Positions 37,079 through 46,934 of a stretch of DNA of 64,000 nt are shown here, one piece after another (the stretch's first letter is position 1; each line of letters starts with the position of its first letter). The DNA comes from an uncultured virus (IMG/VR IMGVR_UViG_3300037601_000035) (taxonomy: Duplodnaviria > Heunggongvirae > Uroviricota > Caudoviricetes), in the IMG/VR virus record IMGVR_UViG_3300037601_000035; one strand, given 5' to 3'. Both the position numbers and the translations under genes were made by a program. Below the pieces are notes generated by a model, which worked only from the letters and a program-made list of their open reading frames with translations, ran no database searches and was not told where the DNA came from.

Positions 37079-37746
37079 ATGTATTATTTCTAAATGCTGG
37101 AAGACAAACTAGATTTAAAAGTGATTCTCCTAAAGCTCTTGCTAAAACATCAGACGGAGAATCTTTATTTGAAAAAAACATTAAAAGCTTTAGAAGTTTT
37201 TCTGAAATTGGAAAAATTTATAATGCTACATCAGAACAGTTTATAAAACATTTTGAATCTTTTGATTGCATTAATAAAATAATTCCTCAAGGCGGTGGAA
37301 CCGGAAGAGCAATTTATAATTTCTTAAATCTAGGAACTGAAGTTTCTCAAGATTTAATACTTTGCTGGGGAGATGCATACTACTCTAAAGAATTAATTGA
37401 AGAACTTCTACAACAAAAAACAAATTCTTTTCCAGTTTCTTTCAAAGAAAATCCTTACGTAGATTTTGTATTTGATTGGAAAGGAGTAGAACATGTTAAA
37501 TTTAAAAATACTCGTCCTTGGGGATTCCAAGATCTTTCTATATTTAGAGTAGATAAATTAGAATTATTATACGTTATTGAAAAATATCTTCTTTTAATGG
37601 ATGATAAATCTGAATATAATGTTTTAGATACTTTTAATTGCCTTGATACAGAATGGTCACTTAAACCTTACATTAGTACTTTTGAAGTAAAAGGATTTAA
37701 TACACAAGGTGAACTGGAGCATCTGGTGACCTCCGGATCTATATAG
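37060..37746 (+). CDS. NTP-transferase (GT-A-like nucleotidyltransferase)
   Basis: AGRQTRF....PKAL, G.GTG.A, WGD, FNT. Confidence 0.8.
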   Translation: MDMSQIDVLFLNAGRQTRFKSDSPKALAKTSDGESLFEKNIKSFRSFSEIGKIYNATSEQFIKHFESFDCINKIIPQGGGTGRAIYNFLNLGTEVSQDLILCWGDAYYSKELIEELLQQKTNSFPVSFKENPYVDFVFDWKGVEHVKFKNTRPWGFQDLSIFRVDKLELLYVIEKYLLLMDDKSEYNVLDTFNCLDTEWSLKPYISTFEVKGFNTQGELEHLVTSGSI

Positions 37747-37835
37747 GTATATGTTACTATATCTATATTTTTAAAAGTCCTTTAGAATCATTTTAAAATT
37801 TTCAAATATATAGTCTATAAGAAAAGTAATACTAA

Positions 37836-38720
37836 ATGGCATTTACTACAGAACAGAAAGCCAATATTCTTTATAATAGATTAATTGGTGGAAAATCATA
37901 TACAGATAACAATTTATCTTTAGACGAAGAACAGTTTAAAGGTAGAGATGGAGTTACGTTTGATAATGTTTGGGTTGATTCTATACCTGAAGATAATCCA
38001 TTGGAATCGCATTCTTTGTATTCTAATACAGGAGCAACACATCCTTTAGAAGATCCTATAATTAAAAAATGGCATAAAGAGCCTTTGAAAAAAGTAACTA
38101 CTGCAGCAGCAAATAGAGCTTTTTATTATGGAGATACTTTTAGAGATTTAATTCCTTCTGAATTTGGTAATGGAAAATATCAATGGCAAGTATGGAAAAA
38201 AGATGTTCATGGAAATTATACTGTAGAAGTTCCTTATGGACAAAATAATTGGTATTTTGATCCTACAAATGGAGTATTAACTTTTTTAGGGGAGCTTCCA
38301 TCAGGAATAGATAATGGATCAAATCCTCCAGCAATTACTGCTTATCAATATATTGGAAGAAAAGGTTCTTCTAATTTATTATTAGGGGCAAATGCAAGTG
38401 TATCAGCAGATTCTGTAGATGGAATAACTGTATTTTTAAATTCTAATTCTAAAATAGAAATAAAAGACAAATACAAACAAGCTGTTTATTGGAGTAATAA
38501 TTTATCTTCTAATCCTACTGAAATAAAAAGTCAATATTTAGTTTCTCATGGTTTAGATAGTAGACAATTAAGTGTAGATGTTTATGAAAAAGACGGAACT
38601 GAATTTTCTAAAGTAGAAGTTCCGTGGTCTACTACAAGTGCAAATCAAATTGTATTGAATTTCTCTCCTAATGTAAGGTCAGATAACTTTTCTTTAAGAA
38701 TAATGGCAACATATAATTAA
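37836..38720 (+). CDS. Probable virion structural protein
   Basis: AATATATA at 37805-37812; WYFD...GVL.F, YQYIG, SHGL. Confidence 0.6.
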   Translation: MAFTTEQKANILYNRLIGGKSYTDNNLSLDEEQFKGRDGVTFDNVWVDSIPEDNPLESHSLYSNTGATHPLEDPIIKKWHKEPLKKVTTAAANRAFYYGDTFRDLIPSEFGNGKYQWQVWKKDVHGNYTVEVPYGQNNWYFDPTNGVLTFLGELPSGIDNGSNPPAITAYQYIGRKGSSNLLLGANASVSADSVDGITVFLNSNSKIEIKDKYKQAVYWSNNLSSNPTEIKSQYLVSHGLDSRQLSVDVYEKDGTEFSKVEVPWSTTSANQIVLNFSPNVRSDNFSLRIMATYN

Positions 38721-38728
38721 AAAATAAA

Positions 38729-39169
38729 ATGAAAAATAAAATGAAAAATAAACAAACACAAATAGTAGAAAACTTTAACGAGTTTCATAAGAATAAATTA
38801 AACGAAAATTCTTATAATGATTTTAGAGATTCTTATAGAGAAGAAATTTATGAAGCTTCTAAGAAATTAGTTGCTCTTTCTTTTGCCGATGTTTCAAATG
38901 TTCCAGATGAACATTTTGAAGAATTTATTATTGGATTACAAGATAAAATTAGAATGTATGATAAAATAGTAATAGAAGAAATATCTAACGCTATAGGTTC
39001 AGAAGGTTTTTCTTCTGAAAGTGAAGCAGAAGATTTCATCTTAGAATTAGGAAACGAAATAGAAAATAGATATGGAACAGAAAGACAAATGGTATTACAA
39101 GCAATTGAAAGAGCATTTGATTTTACTTTAATGGCTGGATATGTAGAAGATCCTCGAGACGCAGAATAA
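38729..39169 (+). CDS. Putative internal head protein
   Basis: Leader IVENFNEFHKNKLNE. Confidence 0.65.
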   Translation: MKNKMKNKQTQIVENFNEFHKNKLNENSYNDFRDSYREEIYEASKKLVALSFADVSNVPDEHFEEFIIGLQDKIRMYDKIVIEEISNAIGSEGFSSESEAEDFILELGNEIENRYGTERQMVLQAIERAFDFTLMAGYVEDPRDAE

Positions 39170-39295
39170 TATAAAATTTAAATATTTTTTAGAAAGAGAC
39201 TTATTAACTTAGGTCTCTTTTTTTATGTTTGGTAAACTTTTTGTTATATAGAAGGTATTATTTACTAAATAAATTGAAAAACAAAGAAAAAATAA

Positions 39296-41077
39296 ATGAA
39301 ATCTAAAGAAATTGTAGCTTTATCTGATTTTGAACATGTACTTAAAAGACCTACTATTTGGGTTGGTTCAGTAGAAAAATCAGAAGAAAAGATTCCGGTA
39401 ATAGAAGACGGAAAAACTATATTAAAAGAAAAAACTATTTCAGTTGGATATTATAAACTTCTTCATGAAATTTTAGATAATGCTTTTGATGAAGCAAAAC
39501 GTCTAAAAGGAAAAATGAAAACTATAACTATAGAAGTTTTCACAAAAACGGGAAGAGTTATAGTAACAGATACTGGAAATGGTTTTGAAAAAGGATATGA
39601 AATTAATTCAAAAACAGGACTTCCGAATGTTGAAACTGCAATGTCTCAATTAAGAGCAGGTTCTAATTTTTATAATGAAGATTCAAAAGATAATTTGATT
39701 GGAACAAATGGAGTAGGCGCTTCACTTGTAAATATGTTATCTGAAGAATTTGAAATTATAACATGTGATGGAATAAAAGAATATAGACAAAAATGGGAAA
39801 AATTTGAATCTGTTTTAAAGAATACAAAAAAATGTAAAAAGAAAGGAACCTCAGTAGATTTTACTCCTAGAAAAGATACCTTTAAAGGATGTGAATGGGA
39901 TGTTGAAGTTTTACATTCAGAATTTGTATTTAAAAACTATCTTAAGAATTTAGATCCCGTAATGAGAAAGGTTAAATTTATAGCAAAGATAGATAATGAA
40001 GAACTTGATTTAGATGTTCCATTTTTTGAAGAAGATAAATCAATTACGATTGATTCTAAAGTAGGTCAAATAATAGTATGGCCTTCTTTTTCAAAGTCTA
40101 CTAGATTATCTTTTATTAATGGACAAATGTGTTCTGGTATTCATCAAAAAATAATTCAAGATAATTTAAATTCTTGGATTAAAGATGATCGAGCACATGA
40201 ATTTTATGATACTTTTATAGCTTTAAATTTAGAACCTAAAGATGTTATTTTTGGGGATCAAAATAAAACTAAATTTGCATCTAAAAGGGACCAAGTAGAA
40301 CCTATTTTAAATAAAAACTTTATTCCTAAATTAAGAAGAAATTTTAAAAATTCAGATTTATTTAAACATATAGAAAAGAAAATAGAACAAAGAGACATTG
40401 GAAAATCTTCTAGAAAAATAAATCAAATTTCTAAAAGAAAAAAGGTAATGTTATCTGATAAATTCTTTCCTTCTTCTAAATCAAAAGATATTCTATTTTT
40501 ACTTGAAGGGGGTTCTGCTCTAGGTTCGTTAAATCAAAGAAGAGATCCAAAAACAATGGCAACCTATGCCCTTAGAGGAAAGGTAAAAAATGCTAAGGAT
40601 ATTAAAGATTTAACTACAAATAAAGAAATTGCAGAAATAATTCAAATATTAGGATTGGATTTGAAAGGAGAAAATGAAACAAAATATAATAAAATAGTTA
40701 TTGCAACTGATGCCGATCCGGATGGAGATGCAATAGCTGGATTATTAATAAATTTCTTTTATAAATGGTTTCCTTATGTTATTGAAAATGGTCAACTTTA
40801 TAGATTAAGAACTCCTTTAGTTACTGCTGGAATTGGTTCTAAGATGACAAGATATTATAATATGGATTCCTTTAAAAAAGATTCAGAAAAAAAGAAACTG
40901 ACTAATATTAGATATTTAAAGGGTTTGGGATCTCTTACTAAACCAGATTGGGAGCATGTATTTAAAAATTTAGAAGATGGTCTTGTTTTATTTGAAAAAG
41001 ATAAAGAAACTGAAGATAAATTAGAACTTGCATTTGGAGATGATGCAGATAAAAGAAAAAAATGGTTAACTATATGA
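39296..41077 (+). CDS. Type II topoisomerase ATPase/TOPRIM subunit (T4 gp39+60-like)
   Basis: EHVLKRP, EILDNA.DE, DTGNG, GTNGVG, EGGSA, LRGK, TDADPDG, YLKGLG. Confidence 0.95.
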   Translation: MKSKEIVALSDFEHVLKRPTIWVGSVEKSEEKIPVIEDGKTILKEKTISVGYYKLLHEILDNAFDEAKRLKGKMKTITIEVFTKTGRVIVTDTGNGFEKGYEINSKTGLPNVETAMSQLRAGSNFYNEDSKDNLIGTNGVGASLVNMLSEEFEIITCDGIKEYRQKWEKFESVLKNTKKCKKKGTSVDFTPRKDTFKGCEWDVEVLHSEFVFKNYLKNLDPVMRKVKFIAKIDNEELDLDVPFFEEDKSITIDSKVGQIIVWPSFSKSTRLSFINGQMCSGIHQKIIQDNLNSWIKDDRAHEFYDTFIALNLEPKDVIFGDQNKTKFASKRDQVEPILNKNFIPKLRRNFKNSDLFKHIEKKIEQRDIGKSSRKINQISKRKKVMLSDKFFPSSKSKDILFLLEGGSALGSLNQRRDPKTMATYALRGKVKNAKDIKDLTTNKEIAEIIQILGLDLKGENETKYNKIVIATDADPDGDAIAGLLINFFYKWFPYVIENGQLYRLRTPLVTAGIGSKMTRYYNMDSFKKDSEKKKLTNIRYLKGLGSLTKPDWEHVFKNLEDGLVLFEKDKETEDKLELAFGDDADKRKKWLTI

Positions 41078-42381
41078 GTAAATTAAAACTAAAAAAACAA
41101 ACTATATCAAATTTTGTAGACAATGAATATAGAAATTTTGCACTTTATGCTTTAGAATTTAGAGCTATTCCAAGTTTTTATGATTCGCTAACAAATGTTA
41201 GAAGATTTATTGTTCAATATACACCTAATAGTTTTATTAAATGTGATGCAGTTATTGGTGCATGTATGGGTACAGGGTTATATCATCACGGTCCAGCATC
41301 TTTAGGTAATTCTATTAATGGTTTAGCACAAGATTACATGTGTGCAGATAAGATATTAGATGGGAGTGGTTTTTTCGGAAATGCTATTGATTCAGAAGCT
41401 TCTGCTACGAGATACACTTCTGTAAAATTAAATGCTCAGGCAAAAGAACATTTAAAAAAGTATTCTTCTTTAAATAGCACAAATGAAAATGGATGGAATC
41501 CTCTTAAAATGGAAATACCTATTGGAATATGTTCCTATATAACTGGTATTGCTTTAGGATATTCTTGTTCCATGTTACCTAGAAAATTAGAACATGTACA
41601 AGAATATCTAGATGGAAAAAGAAAATCATTAAAACCTTACTTAATGAATTTTAAAGGAAAGATAATTAAAAATGTAGATAATCCAGATAGATCTTCTTGG
41701 AAAGTTTTACCTGTAATAGAAATAGATGAAAGTAAACGTACTATCCATGTAACTGAAATTTCCCCTTCTATTTCATATTCAACGTATGTTAAGAAAATTA
41801 ATAATTTAATAGATACTTATAACTGTTCTGTTGTAAATAATACAAGAGAATCAATTGACATTAAATTGAAATTTCCTAGGAAAACAACAGATGCGGATTG
41901 GGATAAAATAGTTTCTAAAATAGATAAAGATTCTACTGCAACTATTACTGAAAATATTTTATTTATTAAAGATTCTTCTGTTCTTCAATATAATAAAATA
42001 GAAGATTACTTAGATGATTTCAAAAATTATAGAGAATTTCTATATCTTGAAAAGATGGAATATGATTTAGTTGTTTTAGATTCTGAATTAGAATTTTTAA
42101 AAGCAAAGAAAGAATATTTAGAATTTATGATGCAAAAGAAAAGGAAACAAGATGAAATTGAAAAGTTTCTTTCTAAATATAATAAAGAGATTTATTCTAG
42201 ATTAGATTCTCTAAAACTTAGATTATTAAATAATGAATATTTAAAGAAAACTATTCAAGAAATAGAAGACTATAAAAAAGATATTAAATCTAAAAACAAA
42301 GAAATAGTATCTCAAAGAAAAACTTGTTCAAAAATAAAGGATATAATAATTAAAGCTAAGACATCAAAGATAAACGCATAA
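41062..42381 (+). CDS. gp52: Type II topoisomerase breakage-reunion subunit (T4 gp52-like)
   Basis: RAIP..YD.L, YHHG..SL, G.FG, A.RY active tyrosine. Confidence 0.92.
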   Translation: MVNYMSKLKLKKQTISNFVDNEYRNFALYALEFRAIPSFYDSLTNVRRFIVQYTPNSFIKCDAVIGACMGTGLYHHGPASLGNSINGLAQDYMCADKILDGSGFFGNAIDSEASATRYTSVKLNAQAKEHLKKYSSLNSTNENGWNPLKMEIPIGICSYITGIALGYSCSMLPRKLEHVQEYLDGKRKSLKPYLMNFKGKIIKNVDNPDRSSWKVLPVIEIDESKRTIHVTEISPSISYSTYVKKINNLIDTYNCSVVNNTRESIDIKLKFPRKTTDADWDKIVSKIDKDSTATITENILFIKDSSVLQYNKIEDYLDDFKNYREFLYLEKMEYDLVVLDSELEFLKAKKEYLEFMMQKKRKQDEIEKFLSKYNKEIYSRLDSLKLRLLNNEYLKKTIQEIEDYKKDIKSKNKEIVSQRKTCSKIKDIIIKAKTSKINA

Positions 42382-42399
42382 ATAAACGGAGAGTATATA

Positions 42400-42777
42400 T
42401 TGAAAGAAGATAAAGAATATAGAATAAAAAAGTTTATGAATAATGACGAAAGCAAATTGTTATCTCAAATAGTAGATGAATTTAAAATTTCATGTGAGTG
42501 GTTCTTTTCTAGAGAAGATTATTGTATTTATTTTATTTTTGAAGATACTTTATATGGATATACAGATTTACATGGATTAGACGTAGGAAATGTAGTTTTA
42601 ATTTGGGAAGAACCTGATACTGATTATGCTATAAAGGTAGATCCTGAAACTAATAAAGAAAGACTATCAAAACAAAAAACAAACTATTATAATTTATTAG
42701 ATTACGATGCTCTAGTAAGATTATATTCAAAATTAAATGCATCGAGACATTTAAATAATAAAAATGAGGAGTCATAA
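42400..42777 (+). CDS. Hypothetical protein
   Basis: ORF with GGAG ribosome-binding site. Confidence 0.55.
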   Translation: MKEDKEYRIKKFMNNDESKLLSQIVDEFKISCEWFFSREDYCIYFIFEDTLYGYTDLHGLDVGNVVLIWEEPDTDYAIKVDPETNKERLSKQKTNYYNLLDYDALVRLYSKLNASRHLNNKNEES

Positions 42778-43285
42778 AATGACTAAAACAAAAAACGGAT
42801 ATGAAAAACAGATACTTAAAGACTTAGGAAAAGTAAATCCTAATAATTTATTATCTTATTCCTCTAACACAGAATGTATGTTATATGATGAAGATGGAGA
42901 TGCTTTAACTTTACTTTGTACTGATCACATTGAAGACATTGAATATGTTACTGATACTATGAATAAAGATACTAATATAATTACCTTAACTTTTTATCCT
43001 GATGTATTTTCTTATTTAATGGTTCAAGCTATAGATTTAAAACAATTGAATATTTCTAAAATAAAAATATCTAGAAGTGTAATAGAAAGTCTTACAAATA
43101 GTAAAGGAGAATCAAATGGGAAAAATGCAATGTTTAAATATTTTGAAGAAGTGTTTGAACCAATTTCTATGCAATTACAGTATCTAACATTTTATAAATC
43201 TAATAATTATACAGTAGGAATGCCGCGAATGACTGAAAATCCTATTTCAATGACAATAGAAGCTAAACTAATTAAGGAGTCATAA
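42764..43285 (+). CDS. Hypothetical protein
   Basis: ORF only. Confidence 0.55.
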   Translation: MRSHKMTKTKNGYEKQILKDLGKVNPNNLLSYSSNTECMLYDEDGDALTLLCTDHIEDIEYVTDTMNKDTNIITLTFYPDVFSYLMVQAIDLKQLNISKIKISRSVIESLTNSKGESNGKNAMFKYFEEVFEPISMQLQYLTFYKSNNYTVGMPRMTENPISMTIEAKLIKES

Positions 43286-43286
43286 A

Positions 43287-44411
43287 ATGAATCAAGAAAT
43301 AATTTCACAAATAAATACGATTGAAGAAGAATTGAATGAATATACTGAAACATATTCTGATAATTTAAGAACAAATTTCAATTTATCTGATTTAAATTTT
43401 CATGAAGGTGCAGGAATTATAGGAGATACTTTTTTATCTAAAACTGCTTTAAAACAATTAATGTCTTTATTTCAAGTTAAAGATAAATTTGTTTCTTCTC
43501 AAAACGCTCAAATTTTAGGTCCTACTGAAATAGCATCTTTTATTAATACTATTAAAGGAGTAAATTTAGGTAATAGATTATTTTGTTCTTATGATGATAT
43601 TACAAATCCAAAAGAAATAAAAAATATTTGGCTTTCTAGTGATGCTAGAGAAGGAGCATTTCCTGATTATCAAGTTTATTTAAATAATATCAAAGAAAAA
43701 TTAAATGAAACAGAAATTGATTTTACTTTAGATAATATAAATTTTGATAAACCTACAGGATCAATTTCTTTATCTCTTTTAACAGAAGATACTATAAATG
43801 TAGGTTCGAATAATACAAACAATATCGATGAATGGAGAAATGGTCTATACTTAGATTTTAATCTATTCACAACAACTGCAGCTCCTTTTTATTCTAGACT
43901 TATTTGTTCTAATGGAATGATTTCAAGAGAATATATGAAGCGCATGAATTTGAATCACACTAAATACAATCAAAGTAAATTAGATGCTCTAACTAAAAGA
44001 TTTTTAATTGATGGAGATTTTAGAGAGACTGAAGAAATGTTATATGAAAAATGTACAATTGCTAATGACACTCCTATTTCTATTTTAGAATTTGAATATG
44101 CTAGACAATTATTATCTTCACAATTATTAGAAGTAAATGAAGATTCTTCTGAAAAATTTGATATTACTTCTGTAGAAGATGCTTATGGAGTTGATTTAAA
44201 TGAACAATCTAAAAAATGGAAAGCTACTGCAAGAGTAAATAAATCAGTTTATGAAGTAGTAAATGATTTAACTTGGATTGCAGCAAGACCTTCTGAATAT
44301 GACATTACACAAAAAGAAGCAGAACAAATTCAACTAGGTTCATCTTCTTTGTTATTAAAGAAAAGATATGACATGGAAGAAATAGCACCTAATCCTTATA
44401 ACAATAATTAA
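43287..44411 (+). CDS. DUF932-like protein
   Basis: RLICSNGM motif and C-terminal YE.VNDLT. Confidence 0.6.
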   Translation: MNQEIISQINTIEEELNEYTETYSDNLRTNFNLSDLNFHEGAGIIGDTFLSKTALKQLMSLFQVKDKFVSSQNAQILGPTEIASFINTIKGVNLGNRLFCSYDDITNPKEIKNIWLSSDAREGAFPDYQVYLNNIKEKLNETEIDFTLDNINFDKPTGSISLSLLTEDTINVGSNNTNNIDEWRNGLYLDFNLFTTTAAPFYSRLICSNGMISREYMKRMNLNHTKYNQSKLDALTKRFLIDGDFRETEEMLYEKCTIANDTPISILEFEYARQLLSSQLLEVNEDSSEKFDITSVEDAYGVDLNEQSKKWKATARVNKSVYEVVNDLTWIAARPSEYDITQKEAEQIQLGSSSLLLKKRYDMEEIAPNPYNNN

Positions 44412-44418
44412 AAAAGAC

Positions 44419-45039
44419 ATGATACAAGTAGATAATAACATCCCAAGAAAAGATTCTTACATAGACGTAAGATATAGAATACAAATTTCTGGAAATACCC
44501 TTTCAGAAATTTGTGTTATAACAAAAGAAAATGACACTGTTCATGCAATGGTTGTAGGAGAAAATGATCCTGATTGGAAAATAAATCCTAAAATAATTTC
44601 TATGTCACCCGAAGAATTTTCTTCTTTTAATGAAATAGGAATATTAGAAAATGGACAAAGAAAATGGTTTCCTGTTAGGAAATTTTTCTTGAATATTTCA
44701 ACAGTAGATACTTCTGGAGATGGAAATATGTGGTATCCTGGAGAAATATGGATAGATCCTCATACAACTCCAAATACAGGAACTTCTGTTCCTGGATCGA
44801 CTGGCCCGCAGCCTAATACCGGAAATCCTCCTTATGATACAATAGGAAGAGATTATTATCCATGGGAAGGCGGAAATTTCCCTACAGAACCGTACGATGT
44901 TACGTATGTTCCTGCTAAAGAAAATGAAGAACCTTGTTTACATGATAGTTTTAATGACTCTTGTACAAGATGTTCTGGAAAATGTACTTGTCCTAGAAGC
45001 TTAAGCTGTCCTTGTCCTAAATGTACACCAAGGTATTAA
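44419..45039 (+). CDS. Hypothetical protein with Pro/Gly/Thr linker and Cys-rich tail
   Basis: CLHD..CTRCSGKCTCPRSLSCPCPKC. Confidence 0.6.
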   Translation: MIQVDNNIPRKDSYIDVRYRIQISGNTLSEICVITKENDTVHAMVVGENDPDWKINPKIISMSPEEFSSFNEIGILENGQRKWFPVRKFFLNISTVDTSGDGNMWYPGEIWIDPHTTPNTGTSVPGSTGPQPNTGNPPYDTIGRDYYPWEGGNFPTEPYDVTYVPAKENEEPCLHDSFNDSCTRCSGKCTCPRSLSCPCPKCTPRY

Positions 45040-46305
45040 ATGAAAACCACTTTATTATTTGTTGATACAGATAACAGAGAATTTAATCCTGTATTAAATG
45101 GACCTAACCATTTTGACAATGAATTTAATATTATTAGAGCAAACAGTGATTCAGAGGTATTTGAGTTATTAGCTTCTGAACACGTTTCTCTAATAGTAAC
45201 AGCTGAAGCCACAAATGAAATTTTATTTTCTAAATTTCCTAAATTATTTACAGAACTTCCTTCTTATTGGAAAAGTAAATGGTTTAATTTTTCTTATTTA
45301 GAAACTTTAAGTTCAGATGTAATTGCAGAAAATTTAATGTCTTTTTTTGCTACTACTTTAGACATGAATAACAATTTCTTTTCTATAGTAACTCCAGTTT
45401 ATCACACACGGCCAGATGTATTTAATAGAACTTATGAATCGTTAAAACAACAAACTCTTAAAGATTGGGAATGGATTATTATTGATGATTCAAAAGATTT
45501 AAAAAAGACTCAATATATTAAAGACATTGCAGAAAAAGATTTTAGAATTAAATACTATTCTTTAGGACATAGTGGTGTAATAGGAGAAGTAAAAAGAAGA
45601 GGATTTTCTCTAGCAGAAGGACAATGGTTATTAGAACTTGATCATGACGATGAAATTCTACCTAATACTTTACAAAAAGTAAAAGATGTTTTTTTACAAT
45701 ATCCTGAAGTAGGATTTGTTTTTTCCAATTGCGCAGAAATAGAAATAAATAAACATGGAGAAGTTGTAGGGTTTAGAAATTATGCTCGAGATGAAAATGG
45801 AGTTCCTACTAAAAATCCTTGGGGTAACTCGAGAACCGGAACAGCAGAAGAATTTGAATGGAAAGGAGTAACTGTTTTATCTAATGTTTCTCCTCAAGTA
45901 AATTCTCAATCAATTAGACATATAACTTCTGCAGGAAATCATTTAAGATGTTGGGATAAAGATGTTTATTTTAAAGCAGGAAAACATAGCTCACAGATGC
46001 ACATAGTTGATGACTATGAGCTTATGGTTCGTACCTTTATGGTAACACAATTTGCTCATTTAAATTCAACAGAGTACATCCAGTACTACGAGGTTGATGG
46101 TTCTGTAAACACTCAATATAATAGATTTGGAGAGATACAAAAATTAACTCATTATGTATCTAAACATTACGATTCTAGAATACATGAAAGGTTTAAAGAA
46201 CTCGGAGTAGAAGATTATTGTTGGGACGAAAAAGAGCAGATGGGAAAATACTGGATAGATAGAGGAGTTATTCCAGATAATTTGAACGTTAATATTAAAG
46301 TTTAA
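45040..46305 (+). CDS. Family 2 glycosyltransferase
   Basis: SIVTPVY, WEWIIIDD, ELDHDD, DDYEL. Confidence 0.9.
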   Translation: MKTTLLFVDTDNREFNPVLNGPNHFDNEFNIIRANSDSEVFELLASEHVSLIVTAEATNEILFSKFPKLFTELPSYWKSKWFNFSYLETLSSDVIAENLMSFFATTLDMNNNFFSIVTPVYHTRPDVFNRTYESLKQQTLKDWEWIIIDDSKDLKKTQYIKDIAEKDFRIKYYSLGHSGVIGEVKRRGFSLAEGQWLLELDHDDEILPNTLQKVKDVFLQYPEVGFVFSNCAEIEINKHGEVVGFRNYARDENGVPTKNPWGNSRTGTAEEFEWKGVTVLSNVSPQVNSQSIRHITSAGNHLRCWDKDVYFKAGKHSSQMHIVDDYELMVRTFMVTQFAHLNSTEYIQYYEVDGSVNTQYNRFGEIQKLTHYVSKHYDSRIHERFKELGVEDYCWDEKEQMGKYWIDRGVIPDNLNVNIKV

Positions 46306-46349
46306 AAAATTTATATTATTCTTTTAGTACAAAACAAAAAGGTAAAAAA

Positions 46350-46832
46350 ATGGATATAATAAGTATGATATTAGGTATAGGAATAGGTGTAGTTATTGTT
46401 AGTATAATAATTGCAGGTATTGTTATGTTTAAATTACACAAGAAATATGAAAATATATCTTCAGAAGTACAAACGAATAAACAAGAGATAACTAATAATT
46501 ATGATAGAGCTGACGAAGTTGCACATGATTTATGTTCTTATGCAGATGAAATAAAAAGGGAATTACAGTCTAAAATAGATAAACAGGAATCTAAGCATTC
46601 TGATCTTAAAGGAACTGTGGATCATTTTTATGTTAAAGAACGTAATGCTATTAGAGTTGATTCAATTAGAGTAGATTATATTAGGGCTGATCAAGCATCT
46701 TTGGGCGACGACTCTGTTCGTATTGACCCAGGACATTCTAATATGGTATGGACAAGTTCTAAAGGAAAACAAATAAAAGACGAAGAAGAAGTAAAAATTA
46801 ATGGAATAGGAACTACTTTAGGAAAAAAGTAA
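46350..46832 (+). CDS. Membrane-anchored coiled-coil protein
   Basis: N-terminal transmembrane helix. Confidence 0.6.
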   Translation: MDIISMILGIGIGVVIVSIIIAGIVMFKLHKKYENISSEVQTNKQEITNNYDRADEVAHDLCSYADEIKRELQSKIDKQESKHSDLKGTVDHFYVKERNAIRVDSIRVDYIRADQASLGDDSVRIDPGHSNMVWTSSKGKQIKDEEEVKINGIGTTLGKK

Positions 46833-46874
46833 TTTAATAATTTAAAAAATCACTTTAAGAATAATATAAAAAAG

Positions 46875-46909
46875 AAAAGCCTTAGACTTTAGAAATCTAA
46901 GGCTTTTTT
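46875..46909. terminator. Bidirectional terminator
   Basis: AAAAGCCTTAGA...TCTAAGGCTTTTTT between convergent genes. Confidence 0.8.
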
Positions 46910-46934
46910 ATTAAATGTAATTTTTAATAGGAGC

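Noticed and set aside
38721..38752. AAAATAAAATGA tandem repeat
   Set aside because: Short duplication of the start region giving MKNKMKNK; no evidence of function
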